This document shows, one piece after another, positions 20,467-30,721 of a stretch of 64,000 nucleotides of DNA (positions are counted from its first letter, which is position 1; every line of letters starts with the position of its first letter). The translations under genes and the position numbers were made by a program. The stretch covers positions 47,009 through 111,008 of the IMG/VR virus record IMGVR_UViG_3300024518_004461; one strand, 5' to 3'. The notes beneath the pieces are model-generated. The model searched no databases and was not told where the DNA came from. It saw only the letters and a list, made by a program, of their open reading frames with translations. Origin of the DNA: a virus.

Positions 20467-21116
20467 TAATTTTTATAAAAATAAGCAGGCCCTGCTCCGT
20501 CTTTGTGAATACACATTTCGGGATTTATTCCTCGCTCTTCAAAAAATTCATTCACCGCGCACCGGACACCTTTTGGATTAAAGTGCCAATCATCTAGGAT
20601 TATCAATCCTCCAGATTTCACCTTATCGTATAAATTTCTTAATGTGAAAATTATAGACGAATAAAAATCTGTGTCAATTCTCAATATGTCTAATTCCTCA
20701 AAAAGCTCTTTGTTTTGTGGAATAGTTTCTTCTAACCAACCTTTAATCAATGTAAGATTTTGGGTCGATGCTCCCAATTTTTGGTATGTTTTATATACAT
20801 CTTCCATCTTACCGGAGGACGGCGTGTTTACCCACGGCTTACATTTTTTCTCATCATCTTTTTCTGTTATATCTGGCATCGGTTCCCAAGAATCAAGTCC
20901 AAGTATTTTCATGTTAGGGTTTGCTAAGTGACATAACGCTATACATCCACCTCTAGCCACCCCACATTCTATCATTTTTCCAGTATCAAGTTTTGACACG
21001 TAGTCCATCAACCACTTCAAGTGAACATCATAAACCAATGTTAGTCTAGTATAATAACCTCCGGCTTTGGCTGTCTTAATTGCTTGTGTAAAATTTCGTT
21101 GTTTAGTCATCTTCAA
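20466..21116 (-). CDS. TylF/MycF-family O-methyltransferase
   Basis: ECGVARGG, DSWE, KGWLEET, LRIDTDFY and GGLIILDDW motifs. Confidence 0.88.
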   Translation of the reverse strand: MKMTKQRNFTQAIKTAKAGGYYTRLTLVYDVHLKWLMDYVSKLDTGKMIECGVARGGCIALCHLANPNMKILGLDSWEPMPDITEKDDEKKCKPWVNTPSSGKMEDVYKTYQKLGASTQNLTLIKGWLEETIPQNKELFEELDILRIDTDFYSSIIFTLRNLYDKVKSGGLIILDDWHFNPKGVRCAVNEFFEERGINPEMCIHKDGAGPAYFYKN

Positions 21117-21829
21117 TTTTTCCTTACTATAAAATCGCAGTTTTTAGTTTCAGTAGAATTTTTTAATTTATTGCAGCCGACCAGATCATCCAATAAACCA
21201 ATAATTTCAAGTTGATCATTATATTTTTTAACCAAATCATTTATTGCTATGGGACAATCTCTCTTTTTATTATTCCATATGTATGGCAAATAATCATCAA
21301 AAATTATAAACCCACCAGAATTAACTAATGGAAAATATCTTTCGAAATCTGATATTACGGCGTTTCTTCTATGATCGCCGTCGATAAATAGCAAATCTAT
21401 GCCTTCTGGAAATTCTTTTTTTACCCCACCAAACATTTCTTCAGACCATGAGTTTCCCCTGAGAATTTTGCAGTCGTATCCATTGGTGTTGAATTTTTTA
21501 ATATTATTGTTAGCCAGCGTTTCTACATTTTTCACTTTGCAGTCATTAGCTATAGTAGAACCTTTTAGAAATAAATCACAACTAACTATTTTACTTTCAT
21601 ATTTACTTTGAAGAATATTACATAAACTATGGCCAAAATGAGTGCCTATTTCAAAATAATTCTTACACCGTTCTTTCATAATATGATCTTTCACATATAA
21701 AACTATGTGGTGATTATGGTGATGAATTCTTTTAAAATTTGGATCATCACTCCCAAGCATTTCCCTTGATGTCTTTAGACTAATTTCTAGAGTCTCCTCT
21801 AAATATTTTAATTTTAAATCAATACTCAT
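21113..21829 (-). CDS. Methyltransferase (Methyltransf_24-like)
   Basis: EIGTHFGHS, FIDGDH and GGFIIFDDY motifs. Confidence 0.85.
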   Translation of the reverse strand: MSIDLKLKYLEETLEISLKTSREMLGSDDPNFKRIHHHNHHIVLYVKDHIMKERCKNYFEIGTHFGHSLCNILQSKYESKIVSCDLFLKGSTIANDCKVKNVETLANNNIKKFNTNGYDCKILRGNSWSEEMFGGVKKEFPEGIDLLFIDGDHRRNAVISDFERYFPLVNSGGFIIFDDYLPYIWNNKKRDCPIAINDLVKKYNDQLEIIGLLDDLVGCNKLKNSTETKNCDFIVRKN

Positions 21830-22604
21830 TGTTTTTTACCTCTTTTATTTTTTCAAAAAACGCATGATCTTTTAGCCATCGATCTCCGAGAAATGCGTCC
21901 CGACCATGCAGGGTAAGTTTATCATTAAATATTATACAGTCTTTAGACTTCCAAGTTTTAGAAAAATCATACATAGAGCCCCCAACAATAACGTCTTCAA
22001 GAAACCTAAAAAATTCTTCTCTAATGTTCATAACTTCTTCGGAATTATGTTCTTCCTTTATTTGCCAGTAATTCCAATTAATGTGTTCCCCATTATAAAT
22101 TGATTTTTTGTGTAGTTTATCACCATCTTCGCCATAATATTTCCAAGTTACATCAATCTTTATTTTTTCTAATAATTCTGGATTGTATTTGGCTAAGATT
22201 GCAACCATTTTTTTAGTAGATAAAATATTAGTATTACCACCGTATTCAGAAGGCTTAATACAAAATAGTATCAGCCAGTCTGGACTTTCATCGGATCTAT
22301 AATATGCATAATCGGTATGTAGAGGCTGTCTAGCATTAGACGCAAAATAATGATATATATCAGGATTGTATTTAATGTCCCTTGACTTTGAAAATTTAGT
22401 AGACTTATCATTAACCGGGTGGCATAATCTTATTTCACCTAAAGATTCGGCGAGTTCTTCGTACACCTGTATGTAGTCACAATCCGGCACATTAAAAATG
22501 TGATAAGCCATATACTGACCCCACACTTCTTTTATTCTTTTTTTTATGTCTTTAGGTGAATTTGCCATATCAAGATGGTAAATAACATTATTTGCTTTTT
22601 TCAT
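21819..22604 (-). CDS. TauD/TfdA-family 2OG-Fe(II) dioxygenase
   Basis: PLHTD, GG.T and W...D.IIFND...HGR motifs. Confidence 0.85.
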   Translation of the reverse strand: MKKANNVIYHLDMANSPKDIKKRIKEVWGQYMAYHIFNVPDCDYIQVYEELAESLGEIRLCHPVNDKSTKFSKSRDIKYNPDIYHYFASNARQPLHTDYAYYRSDESPDWLILFCIKPSEYGGNTNILSTKKMVAILAKYNPELLEKIKIDVTWKYYGEDGDKLHKKSIYNGEHINWNYWQIKEEHNSEEVMNIREEFFRFLEDVIVGGSMYDFSKTWKSKDCIIFNDKLTLHGRDAFLGDRWLKDHAFFEKIKEVKNNEY

Positions 22605-23266
22605 ATTAATATAAAATCAGTTAGTTGATTTTTAATTTCTTCTTTAGAAGTATTCATACACATATCTATAATAGAAAGACTTGAAGCTCCTTTGATAAAA
22701 TTTAACTTAATTCCGTGCGATTCAAAACATTTTTTGTCGTATAATTCAATGCCGCCGATTGCATTTATGTAGTGGTTCATATTCTGTGAGTTACAAATAT
22801 TGATAAGATTTTTTGCCTTATCATCTGTTTTTTCTCGATCAATGATCGATGAAGTTTTTATTTTAGTGTGTATGTCTAAATATTTACAAAAATGCTCAAT
22901 AGAAAAATAAGCAAGATCCGCTATTGATTTGGGTTGTTCAAAAAAAATGTCATCTATAATCTTAAGTACATCATCTCTGTATTCGGAATTACTATAGCTG
23001 GCTCGTATTGTTTTAAAGAACTTTGTTATTTGTTTATTACCCCAATCTACCGCTGTTTCATTTATTTTTTTAAATGAACTCTGTTTTTTTAAAGGTATAG
23101 TAAACATTTTTTTATTACCATTTACTACTATTTTATTTCGGTTTATCCATCCATTTTTTATAAAATTAACATCATCATACAAAACAAAAAGATCAACAGC
23201 ATTTATCAGTTGAAAGTAGCCTATATGTGGTGCAAAATAAGGTTGATGTATAGCTATCTTATTCAT
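22601..23266 (-). CDS. WbqC-family protein
   Basis: HQPYFAPHIGYF, DDVNF...WINRN and YINAIGG..LY motifs. Confidence 0.88.
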   Translation of the reverse strand: MNKIAIHQPYFAPHIGYFQLINAVDLFVLYDDVNFIKNGWINRNKIVVNGNKKMFTIPLKKQSSFKKINETAVDWGNKQITKFFKTIRASYSNSEYRDDVLKIIDDIFFEQPKSIADLAYFSIEHFCKYLDIHTKIKTSSIIDREKTDDKAKNLINICNSQNMNHYINAIGGIELYDKKCFESHGIKLNFIKGASSLSIIDMCMNTSKEEIKNQLTDFILI

Positions 23267-24293
23267 TTACCGAGAGTCTTACTATTCTTGCTATTTTATC
23301 AATTTCAAATCTGCTCATTTTTGCATGTAAGGGCAAGTTTATTATTCTTTCATATAGATACATTGAATTTTTATGTCTTTTGAGTGGGTAGTAATATTTT
23401 TTAGCTTCAAGATGATTATTAATAAAAAAATCTATACTCATAGGATTTTTATTTATAATAGGCATATTACCATACACAACCCCTTCGCTGAAGTTAAAAA
23501 TCTTTACGTTATTTATATCATTTATAATACTTATGAAATAGTCTTGATTATTTTTGTGTGCTTCTAAATCATAGTCCATGATGTGTTGTAAAATCGCGGC
23601 ACTACTCACATCAGAAATTTTAAAATTTGAACTATCAACATTACTAATTCTTTTTTTTGATGTTGCGTCAAACCCAAAGCCTAAGATTTGGTTTATTTCT
23701 TCTTTGTGCTCTGCATCTATTACAAGAAACCCACCTTCTCCAAATCCCAAATATTTAGTGTGATGGAGTGATCCAAAGCTGGCATCTCCGAAACAATTAA
23801 TATTTATCCCCTCTACAGTTGTCATAGGGGATGATGCGTTATCTAAAATAACCTTGGTGTCATTTTCTTTACACCTGTTCAATATTTCATTTAAATTTTT
23901 TGGATAGGTTCCAAATAAGTTAGTTATTATTAGACAATCATTACTTTCAATAGCCCGATCCAGATCAATAAAACAATAATTTTCTAAAGAGATATCCATG
24001 ACTTTTGTTTTGAGCCCCCCCACAACACAAGAAGGAAAAGTATAAGAAGGTGTTGTAAATTTTTTAACGCCCCTCTTTTTAAAAAATAAAACAAGAGCGT
24101 GGAGTGCCGAGGTTCCACTTGCAGAACATACTACTGCTTTATGATTCGGCAGTTTTAACATACTTTTTAAATGATTTTCCAATGCAGATTTTGCAGGGCC
24201 TTCATTTGTAAAATGATTTAGATTTGTGGAAGTAGTAAGAAGTTCTTGCATAAGCTCATAATTTATTTTTTTGTTTTGGATATATTTTATCAT
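23259..24293 (-). CDS. DegT/DnrJ/EryC1/StrS sugar aminotransferase
   Basis: SGTSAL, PSYTF, SLHHTKYLGFGEGG (PLP lysine) and NLPLH motifs. Confidence 0.9.
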   Translation of the reverse strand: MIKYIQNKKINYELMQELLTTSTNLNHFTNEGPAKSALENHLKSMLKLPNHKAVVCSASGTSALHALVLFFKKRGVKKFTTPSYTFPSCVVGGLKTKVMDISLENYCFIDLDRAIESNDCLIITNLFGTYPKNLNEILNRCKENDTKVILDNASSPMTTVEGININCFGDASFGSLHHTKYLGFGEGGFLVIDAEHKEEINQILGFGFDATSKKRISNVDSSNFKISDVSSAAILQHIMDYDLEAHKNNQDYFISIINDINNVKIFNFSEGVVYGNMPIINKNPMSIDFFINNHLEAKKYYYPLKRHKNSMYLYERIINLPLHAKMSRFEIDKIARIVRLSVNE

Positions 24294-24296
24294 TTT

Positions 24297-25292
24297 TTAC
24301 AACCTAAATCCTTTATCGCTATTCACAAAATAGTATTTATCTGGTGTGAAAAATCCTATATCTTTTAAGAAATATTCCAACTTGTCATGGGTTATCAAAC
24401 TATAAAAATCAACTCCCAAAGCATACGCAATCATTTGGCTGTGACCAGCAGTGCAATATAATTTTTTGACTTGTGAATAATTCTCCATTATCTTTTGTTC
24501 ATTGGCAACTGAATTATTTAATAATTTGTAATTAATATTATTCTTTTTTAAATAAGAAGCAAAACTGTTGCTTCCATCATGTGACATTACCGCGATTTTT
24601 TCACCTTTAGAAATCAATACTTTAATATATTCAAGCAATTCATCATAGAATTGTTTTTGAGTTTTATTATAGTATCTCCTGTTGGGTCTATCATCTTTCA
24701 ATTCAAAGGTATGATAAATTTTGGAATTTTTAAAAGAGGGGAGATACTTTTCTTTTACATAATAGATCACAGGACACAATTCAAACTGTATATTTTGCCC
24801 ACATTCCTTATCCACTATTTCTCTTAATTTTTGGCAATCGCCCGTATGCCTCATTGAAAAATGCTCACTTTTTTTTATTAGAGTTTCAAGGTTTTCTTTG
24901 AGGATGTTTTTTCGTTTAGGTACACTAAGATTATTGTGTCTGTTGGGCATTGAGCAAGTTTGTCCATGAAACAAATTATAACCTATACTCATAACATAAA
25001 TTTTTGCCGTTATTGCCTCAATAAGATCGCTAGAGATTGCCCACTGCCAACATGAAACCATATTCGGATTAGTATCAGGTAATAATAAACCACCCCCGCC
25101 TATCACTACATAATCAAACGAATTTAAAAATTGAACGTCTGACGGAGTTACTTTTTTTCGAACATCGAAATTAGACCAGTTCATTTTACAACCAATAGCT
25201 TCTTCAAATTTCCATTTAGTCGCCGGGCCAAGGAAATAATCACCCGAATTGGATTTTCCATGAACAGCAAAAATATGAATTGCTTTTTTAAT
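24297..25292 (-). CDS. Polysaccharide pyruvyl transferase family protein (probable ATT start)
   Basis: IGGGGL, SMR and H motifs. The family N-terminal NSGD motif lies upstream of the first ATG (25184), in the same frame. Confidence 0.7.
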   Translation of the reverse strand: MKKAIHIFAVHGKSNSGDYFLGPATKWKFEEAIGCKMNWSNFDVRKKVTPSDVQFLNSFDYVVIGGGGLLLPDTNPNMVSCWQWAISSDLIEAITAKIYVMSIGYNLFHGQTCSMPNRHNNLSVPKRKNILKENLETLIKKSEHFSMRHTGDCQKLREIVDKECGQNIQFELCPVIYYVKEKYLPSFKNSKIYHTFELKDDRPNRRYYNKTQKQFYDELLEYIKVLISKGEKIAVMSHDGSNSFASYLKKNNINYKLLNNSVANEQKIMENYSQVKKLYCTAGHSQMIAYALGVDFYSLITHDKLEYFLKDIGFFTPDKYYFVNSDKGFRL

Positions 25293-25954
25293 TAGATTCC
25301 TACTCCATTCTGTTTGTTTTGTCTATATTCGGTGCCTTTCTTAAATTCTTCAAAAAAAACATTTTTAACGCCATACCCCATACAAATCAAGAGCCTATCA
25401 TATCCACCAGAATAAAAACCCCTATGAAAGATTCTTTGATCAAAAATTACAATATCTCCTTTTAGTGGATGAGTTGTATGAATATTGTCGATAGTATTTT
25501 TTTCTTTCGTGTGGCTCCCAACACTAACGGTTAAAGCATCATTATCATTTAAGTGATCTTGAAGATATAAATTGACTTTATAAATCTTCATGGATTCTCC
25601 ATTTATCACAGACCAGGGATTATTTTTTTCAAAAATTCTAGCATCGTTATTTAATCTATCTTTATGCCAGCCGACTGATCTGTTTAGGTGCAAATCATTA
25701 TGAGAAATAAATTCCACCGGCTCATCAATTAATTCAGAAATTATTTTCGAAAAATCCTTTTCCTCTGTCTTTTTTCTTAATTGCTGTAAAGAATCCTCCT
25801 TGACCCAATCTGGTTTTGCTTTACCTGTGGAATTAGAAAATCCACCCCCAGAATTAAAATATCTCATAGACTCCATTCTCATGAGATCTATATCCTCAGA
25901 ACTAAAAACACCCCTAATGATTATAAAACCATTATCTTTAAGTTCTTCATTCAT
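25292..25954 (-). CDS. PhyH-like 2OG-Fe(II) dioxygenase
   Basis: NGFIIIRGVF, WHKD, GSH and GDIVIFD...HRG motifs. The probable start MNEELK overlaps the neuB stop as ATGA. Confidence 0.75.
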   Translation of the reverse strand: MNEELKDNGFIIIRGVFSSEDIDLMRMESMRYFNSGGGFSNSTGKAKPDWVKEDSLQQLRKKTEEKDFSKIISELIDEPVEFISHNDLHLNRSVGWHKDRLNNDARIFEKNNPWSVINGESMKIYKVNLYLQDHLNDNDALTVSVGSHTKEKNTIDNIHTTHPLKGDIVIFDQRIFHRGFYSGGYDRLLICMGYGVKNVFFEEFKKGTEYRQNKQNGVGI

Positions 25955-26766
25955 TTTCTCAAGCTTTTTTTCTTTTCCAGTTCGCTTCCCAAGCATTTCC
26001 TTGGTCCAGGCGTACCTAGACTCCGTTCAATATCTCTAATCCCTTTTACTAATTTATATAACCCATGTGGTTCAACCGACAAAGCTTGATCACTTCCCCA
26101 CATAGTCCGATCAAGAGTTATATGACGTTCAACCCACGACGCACCCAATGTTACAGCCGCAAAAGTTGTGATCAAACCAAATTCATGACCACTATAACCT
26201 ACATCAACATTCCATTTGTCCACTAGCCATTTGATATAATATAAATTTAACTCCTCGATGGGAGACGGGTAAGATGAATTTGTATGCATAATAACATCAG
26301 GATTACAGGCGTTTACACATTTTTCGATTTCTTCTTCCGTACTCATACCAGTTGAAATTATCAACAAATCACTATTCTCTCGGGCATAACGACAAAGTTC
26401 TAGATCGTTTATCATGGCTGATCCAATCTTAGTTGTTCCTGTGTATTGTTTCATAAAGTCCACCGAGGGCTTGTCCCACACCGAAGCAAAAATTTCTATA
26501 GGCTTATCTTCTATGTAGCTATAAAGTTCGTCGTATTCTTGTTTTTCAAACTCTATTTGTTTTTTATAATCGATATATTTCATTTCGCCCCATGGTGTCT
26601 TCCTAGGTTTGTTTTTTTGATGATCGGGTACACAAATATCTGGTGTACGTTTTTGAAACTTAGCATAGTCACAACCCGCAGCAACCGAAGCATCAATAAG
26701 TTTTTTGGCTACCTCAATATCTCCATTATGATTAATCCCTATTTCAGAAATTATTTTAGTTTTCAC
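25951..26766 (-). CDS. neuB: N-acetylneuraminate/nonulosonate synthase (NeuB family)
   Basis: EIGINHNGD, KFQKR, ISTGMS, GYSGHE and ERHITLDR..GSD motifs. Confidence 0.9.
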   Translation of the reverse strand: MKTKIISEIGINHNGDIEVAKKLIDASVAAGCDYAKFQKRTPDICVPDHQKNKPRKTPWGEMKYIDYKKQIEFEKQEYDELYSYIEDKPIEIFASVWDKPSVDFMKQYTGTTKIGSAMINDLELCRYARENSDLLIISTGMSTEEEIEKCVNACNPDVIMHTNSSYPSPIEELNLYYIKWLVDKWNVDVGYSGHEFGLITTFAAVTLGASWVERHITLDRTMWGSDQALSVEPHGLYKLVKGIRDIERSLGTPGPRKCLGSELEKKKSLRK

Positions 26767-27427
26767 TTATTTTCTCCCAATCTGTTTTGTAATCCACATC
26801 AAGGACATCCTCAATCATGTAAAAAGTAGTATCTTCATTATACATATTATTATTTAATTTATCCACTTCATCTGCCACATATATGGAAATAAAATGTGAA
26901 ATTTCAAAACACTTTGGATAATCCTGTCGTCGATATAAATCGTGACTAATGATTTGTTGTCCTTTACCATTTGATTTCTCATACATACATAAATAGGGAT
27001 GCGAGTTTACTTCCTTCTTGCACAAGACAGAACGGGAATTTGTTTCGAGGTAAAATTTAAGTGCTCTTTCGATCTGGACCCAAGTGCGAGTGGGATATGT
27101 TAAGTAAAGCATTAGGATCACTTCATCCTCTCGAATTTCACAATCCACCAGGCATTCTAAAATAGCAGACCTAGTAGAAGCATCATCACTAGCAGTAGAA
27201 GAACTTCTAAGATGATAACCAATCTCTCTATCCTTACAAAATTTAATAATTTGTTTATCATCAGAAGATATTATCAAATCTTTAATTTTAATATCGGGAA
27301 TGATATCCAATGTGTTGGATAAAAGCTTTCTATTCTTAAATGGAAAACCTTTAGAATTCCGGCGAGCAGGAATTATTATTTTATAAGGAAAATCCATATT
27401 ACCTAAGTGCTGTTGGTGAGTTTTCAC
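26756..27427 (-). CDS. neuA: CMP-nonulosonate synthetase (NeuA family)
   Basis: IIPARRNSKGFPFKN, RRQD and DVD motifs. Confidence 0.85.
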   Translation of the reverse strand: MKTHQQHLGNMDFPYKIIIPARRNSKGFPFKNRKLLSNTLDIIPDIKIKDLIISSDDKQIIKFCKDREIGYHLRSSSTASDDASTRSAILECLVDCEIREDEVILMLYLTYPTRTWVQIERALKFYLETNSRSVLCKKEVNSHPYLCMYEKSNGKGQQIISHDLYRRQDYPKCFEISHFISIYVADEVDKLNNNMYNEDTTFYMIEDVLDVDYKTDWEKISEN

Positions 27428-28092
27428 TTTTTCCTATTATCCCCTCTATCCCCAATATGATATGCTCTTGCTTTGGGATTAAATCCAATTGGAAATCCAC
27501 ATTTGCGAATCGCAAAACTCCACATTACATCGGGCGCATTTCCAAACAAACCAAAAGGTTCTATTTGCTCCATAACATCACGATGAACAATTGAGTTTGC
27601 TACATATGCTGTGGGCGAATCTTCGACTACACCTGTTTCGACATTATAATCAAGTGGTCGATGCGGCAACTGTAGAGACATACTAGGAAACTGCATCCAA
27701 TCTTCTCCATGTTCATGACGCTCCCCTAAATCGTTTGTTAGTCGGAATCCATATTGACCGGGTTTTTTATCTTTTAAAAACTCGCTCATGTTTTCGTACC
27801 ATTTTTCATCTGGTATAATATCATCATCAAATATACCAACCCATTCAGTAGTAATATTTTGCATCCCTAATCGAAACTTTCTCATCTTATCAACATCCCA
27901 GCCTGGATAAATAATACTTTTTCCGCCCAAGTCATTTACTAATTGGGTAAGCAAAGATTCTCTAGGCGCGACCAACACATAGTTTTGATTGCTTGCTTTA
28001 ATACAACTAGGAATAACACGCTCCAGCATAAGCCCGTGTCTAGGATGGCCATCCTCTAGATTTGATGTAACTTGAATAATTCCTAAATCCAT
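27424..28092 (-). CDS. Glycosyltransferase family 2-like
   Basis: FDDDI, PDV.WS and YHIG motifs. Confidence 0.65.
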   Translation of the reverse strand: MDLGIIQVTSNLEDGHPRHGLMLERVIPSCIKASNQNYVLVAPRESLLTQLVNDLGGKSIIYPGWDVDKMRKFRLGMQNITTEWVGIFDDDIIPDEKWYENMSEFLKDKKPGQYGFRLTNDLGERHEHGEDWMQFPSMSLQLPHRPLDYNVETGVVEDSPTAYVANSIVHRDVMEQIEPFGLFGNAPDVMWSFAIRKCGFPIGFNPKARAYHIGDRGDNRKK

Positions 28093-28104
28093 ATTTCTTG
28101 CTTT

Positions 28105-29373
28105 CTATTGTAAAGACATTTGAGAGGCTATAGATAGTGCTTCATCAATCACTTGTTCTGTAGAAATAACAGGAGGAATACAAGCTTCCACAAATTTGTT
28201 ATACATCACCGGAGCAGAAAATTCTTTAGTTACATACTTCTGAAGTTTCTTTGCTTTCGACTTTGGTTCACCATAGCTTTTACGAACAGAGCGCAAAACT
28301 TTTTTATAATCCCATTCTTTTGCAAAAGACCATTGTGAATCTGCTTGAATTACTCCTTCCCATTTTGCTTCTGGTTGAATCATTTTGATATCATAAGAAA
28401 CAGGTGAGAACATCGCTGTCTTTTTTGTTTTTCCTTTCTTATCCTTGACATCCATATAAAGATAGTCGCATTGACCACCCCACCCAACTGTAACAATCGG
28501 TAATCCATTATATGCGGCTTCAAATAGTGGTAGTCCAAAACCTTCACCGTGACCAATGTTAATTAATGCCTTAACTTTTTCATCCTGATAAAGACTATTC
28601 ATTTCTTCTTCGGCTAAGTCTCCATGCAAAAGATAAACACTGCATTTGCGATTTTTATATTCAGCCAACAAATCCTTAAGACGAATTTCAGTTATTTGCC
28701 TATCTCTTTTGGAGTTTTTTGCCAACGAAGTTTTTACAACAAGGCCGACCTCTTGATCATAAAATTCTTCAACAAACCATTTGATGGTATTTTCTAAATT
28801 TTTCCTAGGTATCCAGGTGCCAACTGTAAGGAAATTAAAATCATCCTTAAGTTCTAGCTTTATAGGGCTTGTCTGAGTATCTTTTACAGGATAACCAACC
28901 ACATCAACTGGTGTATTTACTTTTGCTATAAACTCTTGACCCGTGGTTGGATCTTGTGTTTTGATTTCCGTAGTATCAAAGCCAAATTTTGAATGTTCTG
29001 AAACTACAATGATTTTATCCATTAGGAAGGATTTTTCTACCCATTGAGGAGCAATTTTAGTAGTCTCGATTCCAGCCGTAACGCCAATATTGTAAGGAGC
29101 TATTTTCTCCCATTCATTAGGAATTGTTACCTGAAGTGACATATCAAATGTACCACCACTTTGAGTATATTGAATTGTTTTTTGTAGCAGAAAATCAATC
29201 CATTGTCTTTCCTCATTGTCTTCCCATAGCCATCCAGTAGCGCCCCAATTGGTGCTCAAGAGATATACATCAAATAGTTCCGGCTTTGATCGGAGCGAAC
29301 GTAAAACAAATCGTGTATGTTCTCCATATCCGCTTTGACTTAGTGCTGGACCTCTTACTAAAATTGTTTTCAT
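28105..29373 (-). CDS. Glycosyltransferase family 4 (GT-B)
   Basis: SGYG, RKN and GEGFGLPLFEA motifs. The probable start is MKTILV. Confidence 0.88.
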   Translation of the reverse strand: MKTILVRGPALSQSGYGEHTRFVLRSLRSKPELFDVYLLSTNWGATGWLWEDNEERQWIDFLLQKTIQYTQSGGTFDMSLQVTIPNEWEKIAPYNIGVTAGIETTKIAPQWVEKSFLMDKIIVVSEHSKFGFDTTEIKTQDPTTGQEFIAKVNTPVDVVGYPVKDTQTSPIKLELKDDFNFLTVGTWIPRKNLENTIKWFVEEFYDQEVGLVVKTSLAKNSKRDRQITEIRLKDLLAEYKNRKCSVYLLHGDLAEEEMNSLYQDEKVKALINIGHGEGFGLPLFEAAYNGLPIVTVGWGGQCDYLYMDVKDKKGKTKKTAMFSPVSYDIKMIQPEAKWEGVIQADSQWSFAKEWDYKKVLRSVRKSYGEPKSKAKKLQKYVTKEFSAPVMYNKFVEACIPPVISTEQVIDEALSIASQMSLQ

Positions 29374-30713
29374 ACTGCTATTAGCTCCCATGTTTTATAA
29401 TTTTTTCGTGTTTCCCAAGAACCATGCTTTTCGTGAGTATCGTTTATAATCTTTTCCCATTGAGAAGAAAAATTATCAAAATTATAATTCTCAAGAACAT
29501 GTTGCCTTGCGCACTCGCCCATTTCTTTACGTTTACTAGCGCCGAACTCATACATCATCATTAGTCCATCAACAACTCTTTCTTCTGAAACTCTATCTTC
29601 GTAAATAAAGGGAACTTCCTGCGAACCAATAATTGCTTTAGATGTTGGCTCAAGTCCAATACCATGTTTATATTCAGTCACACCTTTGTTCCTTTTGTTT
29701 CGCGATAGCATCTTTTTTTGTGTTATGTCTTTCAATGAAGTAACTTGCTCTTGAAGTCCGCCAGTCATTGTTGTCATGATAGGTGTACCACAAGCCATTG
29801 ATTCAAACGTAGCCAATCCGAAGCCTTCGGCATCCGAAATGTTTATCGTGCAATCCGCCGCATTATATATATTTACCAAAGCATCAGGAGGAATTTTTTC
29901 ACCTGATATCAAGACCTCTCTATTTTGTAGATCTAGGTCATTGATAATAGCATATAGATCTTGTCCGTTTGGATCATTGGCAGCAGTATGCATAAGTAAT
30001 GTAGCATTTGCTTCAGGATGCTTTTTTATTAGCTTCTTGCGGAAAGCATCAAACCAATAAATCAATGAACCACTTTGTTTACGGCGAGCATTTCTATTAT
30101 TCCAAAATACTAACATATGATTCTCATCTTCGATCCCAAAATGTTGTTTTCTGAATTGCTTGATATTCGTGTCGCTGAGTGGCTTAAATAGCTCTCCTGG
30201 TGTTGCATGAGGAAGATAATGTTCTTCTACATTTGGAGCAACTGTTTTTACAATATCTGAAGTTAATTTAGAAATGGTAGCAACCACATCAGTTGATTCA
30301 TACCAAATCTTATTAAAAGTTGGATAAGGATAATTGTCCCACACATGATAATAAACCATAGGAACCAAAGACCTTATTTCGTTTTCTATTTCCCATAGCC
30401 AGCCATAAAAACGTGGATCAGTCATGAACCATAGAATATCCGGTTTAGTAGAACGCAGAATTGAACGAATTGTTTCGGCGTTTCCATAACCATCGATGGG
30501 ATAGATGATCCAGTCATCACCAAATTCTTCAGTCTTCTGAGGTTCATAGTTTTTGTGCTTCATGGCACCACCAAGACTAATAAATTCGAATTTTCCTGTC
30601 TTGAGGAGTTCAACAATAAAATATTTTGTTTGGGTGCCTACACCAGAGGGTGAAAGTGGGTGGTCGGATATAGTTAGAATTTTAATCTTTTTTTCGGGTT
30701 TCGGTTGTGCCAT
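29370..30713 (-). CDS. Glycosyltransferase family 4 (GT-B)
   Basis: SGVG, NRNARRK and EGFGLATFESMACGTP motifs. Confidence 0.88.
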   Translation of the reverse strand: MAQPKPEKKIKILTISDHPLSPSGVGTQTKYFIVELLKTGKFEFISLGGAMKHKNYEPQKTEEFGDDWIIYPIDGYGNAETIRSILRSTKPDILWFMTDPRFYGWLWEIENEIRSLVPMVYYHVWDNYPYPTFNKIWYESTDVVATISKLTSDIVKTVAPNVEEHYLPHATPGELFKPLSDTNIKQFRKQHFGIEDENHMLVFWNNRNARRKQSGSLIYWFDAFRKKLIKKHPEANATLLMHTAANDPNGQDLYAIINDLDLQNREVLISGEKIPPDALVNIYNAADCTINISDAEGFGLATFESMACGTPIMTTMTGGLQEQVTSLKDITQKKMLSRNKRNKGVTEYKHGIGLEPTSKAIIGSQEVPFIYEDRVSEERVVDGLMMMYEFGASKRKEMGECARQHVLENYNFDNFSSQWEKIINDTHEKHGSWETRKNYKTWELIAV

Positions 30714-30721
30714 TAGTCTCC

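Noticed and set aside
8677-30713. Bacterial chromosomal O-antigen locus
   Set aside because: It is flanked by baseplate, late-sigma and other phage genes, with no export or polymerase genes and no housekeeping context.
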